From Crocinitomicaceae bacterium (GTDB taxonomy: Bacteria; Bacteroidota; Bacteroidia; Flavobacteriales_D; Crocinitomicaceae): a stretch of 59,428 nucleotides of DNA. Positions 36,702 through 46,470 of this stretch are shown piece after piece (position 1 is the stretch's first letter; each line of letters opens with the position of its first letter). Made by a program: the position numbers and the translations under genes. The notes beneath the pieces were generated by a model that was not told the origin of the DNA, did not search any database, and saw only the letters and a list, made by a program, of their open reading frames with translations. The DNA lies in assembly GCA_022425625.1 (NCBI GenBank), contig JAKMFD010000002.1, forward strand, positions 1 to 59,428, in the 5' to 3' direction.

Positions 36702-37120
36702 AGCAATTACTTTTTCTTATTTACTTTTTCTTTATGAGTTTGTTTCATGCACAGACCCATAATAATTTAACTGTTCGGGTATCAAATTTGAATAACAATA
36801 AAGGGGTCGTGCAGTTTGGTCTTTACAATGTGGCTTCAAAATTTCCAAAAGTCGGAAAGACTTATAAAATGGTTAGGATAAAAACAAAAGGTTCACAAGG
36901 GGTATATACCTTTAAAGATTTACCCCAAGGTCGATACGCATTGGCAATTTATCACGATGAGAATGCAAATAAAAATTGTGATACTAACTTTTTTGGTATA
37001 CCTACAGAGGCATATGCGTTCTCGAATAATGTGAGGCCTAGGTTCTCTGCACCTAGCTTTCAATCATGCTCATTTTGGTTAAGTCAAGATAAAGAAGTAA
37101 AAATCAGAATGGTTTATTGA
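36698..37120 (+). CDS. DUF2141-like secreted protein.
   Basis: It has a signal peptide. The segments LTVRVSNLNNNKGVVQFGLYN and ...IYHDENANKNCDTNFFGIPTEAYAFSNN match my recollection of DUF2141. An ATGA overlap couples it to the upstream gene. Confidence 0.65.
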   Translation: MKQLLFLIYFFFMSLFHAQTHNNLTVRVSNLNNNKGVVQFGLYNVASKFPKVGKTYKMVRIKTKGSQGVYTFKDLPQGRYALAIYHDENANKNCDTNFFGIPTEAYAFSNNVRPRFSAPSFQSCSFWLSQDKEVKIRMVY

Positions 37121-37691
37121 GCTTTGCTATAATTAGGTCAATTTGGTCCTGAATGGGTAATATACCATCATTATAAATGTGGAAAGGTGTAAGTTTTTTC
37201 TTTCTGTCGTCTGACCATTGTGCATTGATCTTTCGCTCGATATTTTCTAGACTTAGTCCATCTCTTTTTTGAATTCTTTGAATTCGAAGATCTATTGGTG
37301 CATAAACCAATATTAGTGCATCGTAAAATTTTTGCCCACCTGTCTCAAAAAGAATGGCAGCCTCATTAAAGACAAGTTTTGAGCTAGTATGTTGCTTTTT
37401 CCATTCTTCAAAATCATTTCTAACTGCGGGATGCACAATCTCATTTACTTTTTCCCGAAGTGTATTATCATTAAAAATCCTTGATGAAACATAAGTCTTA
37501 TTCAGTTTTTGATTTGAATATGCCTTAGGTCCTAAAAGTGAAATGAGTGCATTCTTAACATTATGATTTGTATCCATAATGTTTTTAGCCCGATTGTCAG
37601 CGTAATAAACAGGATAGCCTCTTTCTTCTATAAGCGCGCAAACGTAGCTTTTTCCACTGCCTATTCCTCCTGTTACACCAATTGTTTTCAT
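37104..37691 (-). CDS. coaE: Dephospho-CoA kinase.
   Basis: The N-terminal P-loop is IGVTGGIGSGKS, and the length is right for CoaE. It overlaps the DUF2141 gene convergently by 17 nt. Confidence 0.85.
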   Translation of the reverse strand: MKTIGVTGGIGSGKSYVCALIEERGYPVYYADNRAKNIMDTNHNVKNALISLLGPKAYSNQKLNKTYVSSRIFNDNTLREKVNEIVHPAVRNDFEEWKKQHTSSKLVFNEAAILFETGGQKFYDALILVYAPIDLRIQRIQKRDGLSLENIERKINAQWSDDRKKKLTPFHIYNDGILPIQDQIDLIIAKLNKPF

Positions 37692-37763
37692 CTTCTCAAA
37701 TTTAGGATTTTTTGGTGATCCTATCTTTTCTATTTTTTACCTCAATTGTTGTAAATTCGCGAA

Positions 37764-38495
37764 ATGCAAAAGAAAGAATGGTTTGCTGAATGGTTTGATA
37801 CGCCATATTATCATATTCTTTACAAGAATAGAGATAATCATGAAGCAAGAGTATTTATTAAGTCTTTGGTGGACCTCCTTAAATTACCAGAGGCTTCATC
37901 AGTATTAGATTTAGCTTGCGGTAAAGGGAGACATTCGATAACTTTAAATGAATTCGGCTATAAAGTTCTTGGTGTGGATCTTTCTGCACAGAGTATCGCC
38001 CATGCAAATCAGTTCTCAAATCCTTCACTATCATTTGCAGTTCAAGATATGAGGGAACCTATTGAATCGAAGCAATTTGATGCTGTTTTCAATCTTTTTA
38101 CAAGTTTTGGTTATTTCTCTTCAAAACTTGAAAATGAAAAGGTATGTCGAGCTATGGCTCAAATGCTCAATGCAGGGGGTAGATTGGTGATTGATTTCAT
38201 GAATGTGCAAAAGGTTATTCAAGAGTTAGTCCCCTCAGAGTTAAAAAGAGTTCAAGATATTGAGTTCGATATTAAACGAACATATTCAGGGACACATATA
38301 ATTAAACAAATTTCTTTTGAAGACAAAGGAGAGAAATTTAAATTTCAAGAAAAAGTTCAGGCTATTGATTTGTCAATGTTCCAGGAGCTTTTAGCACCTT
38401 ATTTTGTAATTGATTCGGTTTTTGGTTCATTTGAATTGAATGAATATATACCATCTGAATCAAATCGATTGATTATTATTGCAACGCGAAAATAA
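37764..38495 (+). CDS. Class I SAM-dependent methyltransferase of unknown substrate.
   Basis: It has motif I VLDLACGKGRH and a post-I acidic residue (GVDLS). Confidence 0.75.
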   Translation: MQKKEWFAEWFDTPYYHILYKNRDNHEARVFIKSLVDLLKLPEASSVLDLACGKGRHSITLNEFGYKVLGVDLSAQSIAHANQFSNPSLSFAVQDMREPIESKQFDAVFNLFTSFGYFSSKLENEKVCRAMAQMLNAGGRLVIDFMNVQKVIQELVPSELKRVQDIEFDIKRTYSGTHIIKQISFEDKGEKFKFQEKVQAIDLSMFQELLAPYFVIDSVFGSFELNEYIPSESNRLIIIATRK

Positions 38496-39220
38496 TGAGT
38501 TTTTTAATCATACAAGTTTCCTTAATATTGTCTGTCCTGCTCGGGGGACTGATGGTTACCTATTTAAAATCTCAACAAAAAGCGCAGACCATAAAGCTGA
38601 CACTAGCATTTAGTGGTGGATTTTTATTGGCTATAATTTTTCAGCATTTGCTCCCCGATTTATACCAGCACGATTTTCATCAAGCAGGAATATATATTTT
38701 GGTGGGGTTTTTGGTTCAATTGATTCTTGAGTACTTTTCGGGTGGAATTGAACATGGTCATACGCATTCGTTGGCTGGAAACAGGGTACCTATGACATTG
38801 TTCGTTGCCTTATCCATACATTCTGTCATAGAGGGTTTTCCTCTAGGTACTGCACATGGTGGACATATTGTTCACGAAGGGCACAATCACGAATCGTTGT
38901 TTTGGGGAATTGTTTTTCATCAAGTTCCAGTTTCAATAGCATTGATGTCTTTATTTGTGAATTCAACTATGGGCCTATTAAAGTCTTGGGTGTTTTTGAT
39001 GATTTTTGCCTTGACAACCCCTTTAGGAGCCATAATGGGAACACAGATAAATCTTGAAGAATTAGGTCTGAATGTCCATATTATTTTAGCAGTAGTCGTT
39101 GGTATGTTTCTTCATATATCTACAACAATCATCTTTGAAACATCAGAGAATCATCGAGTAAATTTATTGAAGTTAATTTGCATTCTTTTTGGCGCAGGAT
39201 TGGCTATGTTGTTCTCCTAG
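38495..39220 (+). CDS. ZIP-family divalent metal transporter.
   Basis: It is polytopic, with a His-rich loop (EHGHTHS...HGGHIVHEGHNHE) and the segment HSVIEGFPLG. Its start shares one nucleotide with the upstream stop (TAATG). Confidence 0.75.
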   Translation: MSFLIIQVSLILSVLLGGLMVTYLKSQQKAQTIKLTLAFSGGFLLAIIFQHLLPDLYQHDFHQAGIYILVGFLVQLILEYFSGGIEHGHTHSLAGNRVPMTLFVALSIHSVIEGFPLGTAHGGHIVHEGHNHESLFWGIVFHQVPVSIALMSLFVNSTMGLLKSWVFLMIFALTTPLGAIMGTQINLEELGLNVHIILAVVVGMFLHISTTIIFETSENHRVNLLKLICILFGAGLAMLFS

Positions 39221-39273
39221 AATAGATTAGCATATTTCTTTCTATATTACAAGTGATTAAATAAACTTTTACG

Positions 39274-40767
39274 ATGACATCTTCTTTATTAAACCTCTTT
39301 TTATATAACTCCGATTTTATAATTGTATTTGGCTCAGTGACAATATCTGTTATATTTTATTTTCTTTTATTGCCTCTAATTCAATCACTCATTGTATATG
39401 ATAAAAAAAAGTGGTTAGAAAAGCAGTTCTCTAGTTTGTCGCAAGACCAAATCGTTTCAGATGATTTGAAACAACATTTACTTTTAGCTGCGGAACCCGA
39501 ACATGGGTATCCGATTTATAAATACTTGAAATTCTCTTTTGCTACGTTAGGTATTCTGAGCTTTTTCGGCGGTATTTTGCTATTAATTTGGCCTGATCAG
39601 TTTTCTGCGGATACCTATGATAAGGTTGTTTTTCTGCCTATGTTAATAGGTTTAGCGGTATATTTTGTTTGTCAAACGCTCTATAAAAATCATGGTCTTT
39701 GGCGTGAGATTTCAGCTTTATTTCTTTATATAGGCGTTTCCGCAACACTGCTAATGGCATATGAAAATTTTGATTTTGTCGATTGGTTTAGGATGGATTT
39801 TCTATGCTTTGGAATCTTGGCATTAGGTTTATTTCTTATACATCATCTCAACTCGATAATCGCCTCGTATATTTATTTAATATTTGTAGGTGTTTTTGCA
39901 GTTTTTTTATCATTAGTAACAGAAGACAATTGGCTCTCATTTATGCCCCAGATGTTATGGGTTTTTATTGGCTTTATTCTATATTATTGGTTACCAAAGT
40001 TAAAAGTGGCTAATGATGTTGGTCCTCGAGAGTCCATCTTCGGTGTTTTATTTTTTGTAGCTATTTTATCACTGTCTATGTTTCAATTGTCTGGTGCAAT
40101 TGGCTTGTACATACCTATAATAGTGGTTGTATTTCCAGGCTTGTATATCTTTTCAAGAGCATACTTTTCAAAGTCATCTTCTATTTTTGGTAGGCCCGTA
40201 GAGATTTTATCAATTTTATTGATTGTTGCTCTCGGTTTCCTTTTCTCCAATGATGAAATATTTACCATAGGTCAAGATTCTATTGCTTTGTTTGAGGGCT
40301 ATTCTTTTGCTAAACAGATATCCTATTTCATTTTAGTTGGTTTGCTTATTAGTACATTTTATTTATTTAGTGAAGAAATTGAAGTGAATGAAGTTTCTGT
40401 GAATCACAAATTATTATGGTTTCCCTTATTTGTATTCCTCGTAGCCTACATTTTGCCTGTTTCTATTGGTGCATATCTTGTGTGGTTTTATTTGCTTTGG
40501 TTGGGTTATGACTATGTGCGTTCTGCGCTTAAATCTCATTCTGAACTAGGTCTTTTTCTTGGGGTATCGATACTTAACGGTGCATTCTTTTTCCGGTTCT
40601 TTGATTTCTTTGGAGAAGATATGGCTGGAGACCAAACGGTTACAAGTATTTCTTTGATCTTTTGGGGAGTCTTCTATATTGGTTTGGTTTTATATTTACG
40701 TGAGCGATGGACGGTTACAGCTCCTTCAGACAACGAAAACACAATCGATGCAGGTGAGATATTGTAA
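39274..40767 (+). CDS. Polytopic integral membrane protein of unknown function (497 aa, more than 10 predicted helices).
   Basis: It is a long ORF with consistent coding periodicity and many hydrophobic segments. I recognise no family motif. Confidence 0.6.
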   Translation: MTSSLLNLFLYNSDFIIVFGSVTISVIFYFLLLPLIQSLIVYDKKKWLEKQFSSLSQDQIVSDDLKQHLLLAAEPEHGYPIYKYLKFSFATLGILSFFGGILLLIWPDQFSADTYDKVVFLPMLIGLAVYFVCQTLYKNHGLWREISALFLYIGVSATLLMAYENFDFVDWFRMDFLCFGILALGLFLIHHLNSIIASYIYLIFVGVFAVFLSLVTEDNWLSFMPQMLWVFIGFILYYWLPKLKVANDVGPRESIFGVLFFVAILSLSMFQLSGAIGLYIPIIVVVFPGLYIFSRAYFSKSSSIFGRPVEILSILLIVALGFLFSNDEIFTIGQDSIALFEGYSFAKQISYFILVGLLISTFYLFSEEIEVNEVSVNHKLLWFPLFVFLVAYILPVSIGAYLVWFYLLWLGYDYVRSALKSHSELGLFLGVSILNGAFFFRFFDFFGEDMAGDQTVTSISLIFWGVFYIGLVLYLRERWTVTAPSDNENTIDAGEIL

Positions 40768-40921
40768 TTAACTAACCATCTTTATTTACAGATATTAAAT
40801 TAAGGCTTAAAAAAAATATCAGCTTAGCATTACTATTATTTCTAAATTTTATTTGAACTAAAATAGAATTGGGCTCGTTATATCACTAACTTTAATTAGT
40901 GCGTTACTCATAATAGATATA

Positions 40922-42010
40922 ATGAAAGAGGCTCTTGTAAATAAAATAAAAAATCAAGATGGTATTTTTGTAATCGCTGGCCCATGCAGCGCAGAAACAG
41001 CGTCACAGGTATCAACGATAGCGAAGGACATTGTAGCTACCCAAAAAGTAAACATGTTACGTGCAGGTATTTGGAAGCCGCGAACACATCCAAATAGTTT
41101 TGAAGGTCTTGGATTAGAGGCGCTACCATGGTTAGTTGATGCTGGTAACAGATTAAATACTCCAACGTGCACAGAGGTGGCAAATAAGTCACATGTTGAG
41201 GCGGCACTTAAAGCAGGTGTTGATGCATTATGGATTGGTGCAAGAACCACTGTAAATCCATTTGCAGTGCAGGAGATTGCGGACGTTTTAAAAGGAACAA
41301 CCACGCCTATCTTAATAAAGAACCCTGTCAATCCAGATTTGGAATTATGGCTTGGTGCATTTGAACGTTTTAACAATGCTGGTCTTGAAGATTTAACTGC
41401 AATACATAGAGGTTTTTCAATCTATAATCATGTGAAATATCGCAATGTCCCGAGTTGGGAAATTCCAATTGCTTTTAAAGAAAAACGTCCAGATGTACCT
41501 ATGATATGTGACCCGAGTCATATTACTGGTAATAGACAATTACTTTTAGAGGTGAGTCAGTATGCTTTAGATTTAAATTTTGATGGTTTGATGATAGAGA
41601 CACATCCCAACCCAAATGATGCATGGTCAGATGCTCAACAGCAGATAAATGCTGAAGAACTTGATGAACTGCTTATGAAGTTAATATTACGTCAACCCGA
41701 TTTTTCACAAGATGTTGCCGCAATGATTAATGAAATTCGAGCTAAAGTATCTGTTTTAGATGATGAGCTTTTTAATTTATTAAGCGATCGTATGCAACTG
41801 AGTGAAGAAGTTGGAATTTTAAAACGAGAAAATAATATAACGATCTTACAGCAACAACATTGGAGTAATTTAATATCTAAACGATTGAATCAAAGCGAAA
41901 ATTATCATCTGACACCTCAGTTTGTTCGAATTTTGATGGATGCCATACACCAAGAGTCTATTCGTCATCAAACTCGAATTATGAATCCTAAGACCAGTAA
42001 ATCTTCATGA
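40922..42010 (+). CDS. Bifunctional 3-deoxy-7-phosphoheptulonate (DAHP) synthase / chorismate mutase type II.
   Basis: The N-terminal type I-beta DAHPS region has IAGPCSAE, RAGIWKPRT and DPSH. The C-terminal ~90 aa form a helical chorismate mutase domain (LDDELFNLLSDRMQLSEEVGILK). Confidence 0.8.
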   Translation: MKEALVNKIKNQDGIFVIAGPCSAETASQVSTIAKDIVATQKVNMLRAGIWKPRTHPNSFEGLGLEALPWLVDAGNRLNTPTCTEVANKSHVEAALKAGVDALWIGARTTVNPFAVQEIADVLKGTTTPILIKNPVNPDLELWLGAFERFNNAGLEDLTAIHRGFSIYNHVKYRNVPSWEIPIAFKEKRPDVPMICDPSHITGNRQLLLEVSQYALDLNFDGLMIETHPNPNDAWSDAQQQINAEELDELLMKLILRQPDFSQDVAAMINEIRAKVSVLDDELFNLLSDRMQLSEEVGILKRENNITILQQQHWSNLISKRLNQSENYHLTPQFVRILMDAIHQESIRHQTRIMNPKTSKSS

Positions 42011-43266
42011 TCGAGCTTATCCAACCTGGACGAAGAATGGGTGTCATTAATGTTCCTGCCTCAAAGAGTGATGCGCAACGTGCTATCTTGGTTGCAGCGC
42101 TTGTTCCGGATACATCTAGGGTATATAATTATGGCTCTAGTGATGATGTAAAAGCTATGATTTCATGCATTCAAGAGCTAGGTGCTATATGTTCCTTAAG
42201 TGAAGACTTTATTGAAATTCGAGGTCTAAATATATTCCCAGAGAAAGTCTGTTTTAATTGTGGTGAGAGTGGGTTGTCATTTAGATTGCTGGCGGCATTG
42301 TCAATGGTATTGAAGGGGGATTTTGAATTACATGGTCGAGATTCCTTGTTGAGCAGAGATCATAGCTTTATTGAAGCTTTTGGATTGGGGCGAAGTGTTC
42401 AAGTTCAATCTAATAATGGACAAATACCGTATATAATTAAAGGTAGAATTGAGGAAGAGATTTACACAATTGATGCCGGTATTACTTCTCAGTTTTTATC
42501 CGGTTTACTCATTGCGTTGCCCCTTCAAGGGAGGCAAATAAAAATCTTTGCAGATAAAATAACAAGTAAGCCTTATTTATTAATGTCCTTAAAAACAGTT
42601 GCAGAATTTGGTGTGAATATAGATTTTGATGGTATTGGTAAATTTGAAATTCCATCGAGTGCAAAGTATAACCGGACCAATTACTTGGTAGAGGGTGATT
42701 GGAGTGCTGCTAGTTATTGGATTGTAGCTTGTCTCTTAGGTCATGAATTAACAATAAAAGGATTGTCTAATGTTTCTTTTCAGGCAGATAGAAGTATCAC
42801 GAAGCTTTTGTCTTCTTTGGGGATTGAATATGACTTGACTGATGGTTGTTTTTCACCACCTAAAGCGCCTTTATCGGGTTTTGATTTTGATGCTACTCAA
42901 TGTCCGGATTTATTTCCTGCATTAACGGCACTTGCGGTAAATTGCAGTGGGACTTCGAGGATTAGAGGGGTCCATAGATTGATTAATAAAGAAACTGACC
43001 GATCCAATGCACTTGTTTCAGAATTTAAAAAGCTTGGTGCAAATATTTATATAGAAGATGATGTGCTTTGTATTAAAAGCTGCGATCTGAAAGGTGGCGT
43101 TATTGTTGAATCTCATGGAGATCACAGGATTGCCATGTGCTTGGCGATAGCTGCGCTGAACCTTAATGAGGAGTTGACTATTAATGATGCGGATGTCGTA
43201 TCTAAAAGCTACCCCATGTTTTGGCGGGATTTGAATAATTTGATACGCAAAAAAAAAGGGGCTTAA
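42007..43266 (+). CDS. aroA: 3-phosphoshikimate 1-carboxyvinyltransferase (EPSP synthase).
   Basis: It has PASKSDAQRA near the N-terminus and GDHRIAM near the C-terminus. An ATGA overlap couples it to the upstream DAHPS/CM gene. Confidence 0.85.
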   Translation: MIELIQPGRRMGVINVPASKSDAQRAILVAALVPDTSRVYNYGSSDDVKAMISCIQELGAICSLSEDFIEIRGLNIFPEKVCFNCGESGLSFRLLAALSMVLKGDFELHGRDSLLSRDHSFIEAFGLGRSVQVQSNNGQIPYIIKGRIEEEIYTIDAGITSQFLSGLLIALPLQGRQIKIFADKITSKPYLLMSLKTVAEFGVNIDFDGIGKFEIPSSAKYNRTNYLVEGDWSAASYWIVACLLGHELTIKGLSNVSFQADRSITKLLSSLGIEYDLTDGCFSPPKAPLSGFDFDATQCPDLFPALTALAVNCSGTSRIRGVHRLINKETDRSNALVSEFKKLGANIYIEDDVLCIKSCDLKGGVIVESHGDHRIAMCLAIAALNLNEELTINDADVVSKSYPMFWRDLNNLIRKKKGA

Positions 43267-43275
43267 GCCCCTTTT
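43254..43275. terminator. Bidirectional rho-independent terminator between the convergent aroA and DUF3127 genes.
   Basis: The hairpin GGGGC-TTAA-GCCCC is flanked by A9 (43249-43257) and T4 (43272-43275). The aroA stop codon (43264-43266) lies in the loop. Read on the minus strand, the hairpin is followed by T9. Confidence 0.75.
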
Positions 43276-43293
43276 CAAATTTTATTACTGAAC

Positions 43294-43677
43294 CTAAAAA
43301 GGAAGGTCGTCTTTTTCACCTGAGCCATCAGCTTCAGCGGAAGGTTGTGCATCTAATGACATATCAGAAGGCCCTGCCGCAGGAATTCCACCACCTTGAC
43401 CCATCTTCTCGATTCTCCATGCATCTAGGGTATTAAAGTATTTTACTACACCGTCTGGACTTGTCCATTCACGTCCTCTTAAATTAAACGATACCTCAAC
43501 TTGATCTTCAACCGCATAATCATTTAGCATATCACATTTGTCTTGAACTGACTGAAACATCACATCTTGAGGGTACATAGAGGAAGTATCTGTAACAACA
43601 AATTCTCTTTTTTTGAATTTTTCGCTAATGACTTGTGTCTCATTAATAACTTTAATTTTTCCTTGAAATTTGAACAT
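43294..43677 (-). CDS. DUF3127-like OB-fold protein with an SSB-type disordered linker and acidic C-terminal tip.
   Basis: The N-terminus MFKFQGKIKVINETQVISEKFKKREFVV is as I recall for DUF3127. A Gly/Pro-rich linker follows. The C-terminus is ...GEKDDLPF. Confidence 0.65.
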   Translation of the reverse strand: MFKFQGKIKVINETQVISEKFKKREFVVTDTSSMYPQDVMFQSVQDKCDMLNDYAVEDQVEVSFNLRGREWTSPDGVVKYFNTLDAWRIEKMGQGGGIPAAGPSDMSLDAQPSAEADGSGEKDDLPF

Positions 43678-43691
43678 TTTTTATATTGTAT

Positions 43692-44585
43692 TTAGTTGTT
43701 AAAAGAAAGAAGCGTCAACCATGCCTCTTCCAAATGATTTTTTTCTAATAGTAATTTTGCCCTCTTGTGAATTTCAATTTCTAACTGAGTGGCATCCTCC
43801 TCCAAAGATAAAAACAATTCACTTAATTCTAAGAGTTTGTATTCATTTACGTCAGTCTCATTAGGGATTGATTCTATCCCTGCTAATTGACCTAAATTAT
43901 TGGCAGTCAAGATATCACTGTTTTTAATGTCTTCAGGTAATTCATCGTAACCGATACCGCAAGTTGTAATAGGCTTTGGTATTTCAAACATAGAGTTTTC
44001 ATCCGCGCGACAATACCAATTACCTCCCATTCTAGATACAAGATCGATTTTATGTTGATCAATCATTTGATGCTCATCTAGGATGGCTTCATCAATATGT
44101 ATCCTCAATACTTCACAGATGATTAGGTTTCCTGCACCACCTTGATCCCCGAGTTCTATAACCTCATTGACTTTACACTCAAATTGAACGGGAGATTCTT
44201 TTATTCTATGAGGTTGAACGCATTCTGAAGCAACAGGTGTCAGACCACTTTTTACAAACTCATCCACGCTTGAAGGGTATGGAGAGCTTGCAAGGCTCAT
44301 TTGATGAACTAATTCAAAATTAACAACGTTGATTACAACTTCAGGAAGTATTTTAACATTGTTATATGTATCTTTTGTAGTATTAGTCCTTCCCGACCTA
44401 GCCGGTGAAAAAACAAGTATTGGTGGATTTGCGCTAAATGCATTGAAAAAACTAAAAGGCGCAAGATTTGCTACACCATCTTTATCCATAGTGGATGCAA
44501 ACGCAATAGGCCGTGGGCCTATAGCCCCTAAAAGATACCTATGTAACTTAGGTGTTTCAATGTCTTTTGGATTTATTGTTTTCAT
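43692..44585 (-). CDS. Flavin reductase-like (FMN-binding split-barrel) domain protein.
   Basis: The N-terminal ~200 aa (LLGAIGPRPIAFAST...ANLAPFSFFN) are typical of the flavin reductase-like domain. A helical C-terminal extension follows. Confidence 0.7.
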   Translation of the reverse strand: MKTINPKDIETPKLHRYLLGAIGPRPIAFASTMDKDGVANLAPFSFFNAFSANPPILVFSPARSGRTNTTKDTYNNVKILPEVVINVVNFELVHQMSLASSPYPSSVDEFVKSGLTPVASECVQPHRIKESPVQFECKVNEVIELGDQGGAGNLIICEVLRIHIDEAILDEHQMIDQHKIDLVSRMGGNWYCRADENSMFEIPKPITTCGIGYDELPEDIKNSDILTANNLGQLAGIESIPNETDVNEYKLLELSELFLSLEEDATQLEIEIHKRAKLLLEKNHLEEAWLTLLSFNN

Positions 44586-44702
44586 AACTTTTAGAGTTAC
44601 AAAATTAATTAGAACTCGAAGTTATTACTCTTGTTTTCATCTTTTTTATTCACAATTCTTATTCTTTTCTTTTAAAGTCATTGAGATTTGTATTTTAGTC
44701 AT

Positions 44703-45545
44703 ATGAAACAGAACACTTTGTTTTTACTTTATATAAGTTTTCTTTGTACATACGCTGGATTGGCTCAGAATGTCATAGATCAAAATGGCAAAAAGACGGG
44801 TAAATGGGTTTTTAAAGGAAAAGACCATCCTTCATTATCGTATCAAGATGATTTAAAAACTGAGGAAGGAAACTTTATTAATGGAAGAAAGGAAGGCATA
44901 TGGATCCGCTATCATCGCGATGGTAAAACTCCTAAATTAAAAGGTAATTATCGAAATAATCGCCCTGAAGGATTTTATATCAGATACCACCGAAATACAA
45001 AAAAAATGGAAGAAGCAACTTTCATCCAAAATAAGTACAAGGGTACATGTGTGCGTTATTTTAATAACGGTAAGGTTGCTTACAAAGGCAATTATAACAA
45101 CAGTGGTCAAGAGTCAGGAACAATTCAGTATTTCCACAAGAACGGTGAGTTACAGCTAGAATATTCAGCAAAAAATGGAAGGCCTTTCGGGACAATAAAG
45201 CATTACTATAAAAATGGGTCGTTAAAATATGAAGTTATTTTAAATGATGCAGGAAAAAAGAAATCTGTAAAAAAGTACCAACCATCGATACAAAAGCCTG
45301 TTACGGTTGTTAGGAATAATTCTTCTAGACCACCTCGTATAAGCAAACCTAATACACGTGGGGTTCAGTTTGAGGAATTTGGCTACAATAAGGTCTATAA
45401 TAAAAATGATGAAATTTGGATGGATGGAACTTTTAGAAACGGATCTTTATGGGATGGTAAGGTTTATGAGTATGATGCAGATGGTATTATTATGAAGGTA
45501 AAAGTTTATAAAAATGGAAAGTACCATTCAGATGGACAATTTTAA
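44703..45545 (+). CDS. MORN-repeat-variant (YwqK-like) secreted protein.
   Basis: I prefer ATG 44703, which gives a signal peptide. Motifs of the form G(K/R)xxGxWxxYHxNGK recur. Confidence 0.65.
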   Translation: MKQNTLFLLYISFLCTYAGLAQNVIDQNGKKTGKWVFKGKDHPSLSYQDDLKTEEGNFINGRKEGIWIRYHRDGKTPKLKGNYRNNRPEGFYIRYHRNTKKMEEATFIQNKYKGTCVRYFNNGKVAYKGNYNNSGQESGTIQYFHKNGELQLEYSAKNGRPFGTIKHYYKNGSLKYEVILNDAGKKKSVKKYQPSIQKPVTVVRNNSSRPPRISKPNTRGVQFEEFGYNKVYNKNDEIWMDGTFRNGSLWDGKVYEYDADGIIMKVKVYKNGKYHSDGQF

Positions 45546-45562
45546 TATTCTAATAGTTCTTT

Positions 45563-45570
45563 TACTTTTG
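45563..45570 (+). promoter_or_regulatory. Candidate -7 promoter box (TACTTTTG) for fabD.
   Basis: It matches TAnnTTTG exactly, 15 nt upstream of ATG 45586. Confidence 0.35.
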
Positions 45571-45585
45571 TGAAAAAAAAGAAAT

Positions 45586-46470
45586 ATGAAAGCTTATGTT
45601 TTTCCCGGTCAAGGAGCTCAATTTTCAGGAATGGGCAAGGACCTATATGAAGCCTCTGCACAGGCAAAAGATATGTTTGAAACAGCAAATGAGATTTTGG
45701 GTTTTGACATTCAAAAAGTAATGTTTGAAGGGACTGCAGAAGAGCTTAAACAAACAAAAGTCACACAACCAGCCATTTTTTTACATTCCACAATTTTAGC
45801 TACTTGTTTAGGTGATGCATTTCAACCAGACATGGTTGCAGGTCACTCTTTAGGTGAATTTTCAGCTCTCGTTGCTAACAAATCATTGAGTTTTGAGGAT
45901 GGATTGTCCTTAGTGTCTAAACGTGCAATGGCAATGCAAAGTGCTTGTGAAAAAGAACCATCAACTATGGCTGCTATATTAGGTCTTGACGATGCTTTGG
46001 TTGAAAGTATTTGTGCTGAGGTAAATGGCGTCGTTGTTCCAGCAAATTACAATTGCCCTGGGCAGTTGGTGATCTCTGGTGCGATACCTGCTGTTGAAGA
46101 GGCTTGTGAAAAGCTCAGCGCTGCTGGCGCAAGAAGAGCGATGCTTCTTCCCGTTGGAGGAGCATTTCACTCTCCATTAATGGAGCCTGCTCGTGAGGAA
46201 TTAGCGGCAGCTATTGAAGCAACAAGCTTTAATAACCCAATTTGTCCAGTTTATCAAAATGTTAATGCAAAACCCATATCTGATTCAGCTTTGATAAAAA
46301 ATAATTTGGTGTTACAGCTAACAGGTGCTGTCAAATGGACTCAAATAATGGAGCAGATGTTAGCAGATGGAGCAGGACATATTATTGAGGTTGGTCCAGG
46401 ACGTGTGCTTCAAGGTCTATTTAAAAAGGTTAATCGTGAGGTACTTACAGAAGGTGCTAGCTTGGCGTAA
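45586..46470 (+). CDS. fabD: ACP S-malonyltransferase.
   Basis: It has FPGQGAQ at the N-terminus, the active-site segment GHSLGEFSA, and GAFHSPLM. Confidence 0.9.
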   Translation: MKAYVFPGQGAQFSGMGKDLYEASAQAKDMFETANEILGFDIQKVMFEGTAEELKQTKVTQPAIFLHSTILATCLGDAFQPDMVAGHSLGEFSALVANKSLSFEDGLSLVSKRAMAMQSACEKEPSTMAAILGLDDALVESICAEVNGVVVPANYNCPGQLVISGAIPAVEEACEKLSAAGARRAMLLPVGGAFHSPLMEPAREELAAAIEATSFNNPICPVYQNVNAKPISDSALIKNNLVLQLTGAVKWTQIMEQMLADGAGHIIEVGPGRVLQGLFKKVNREVLTEGASLA

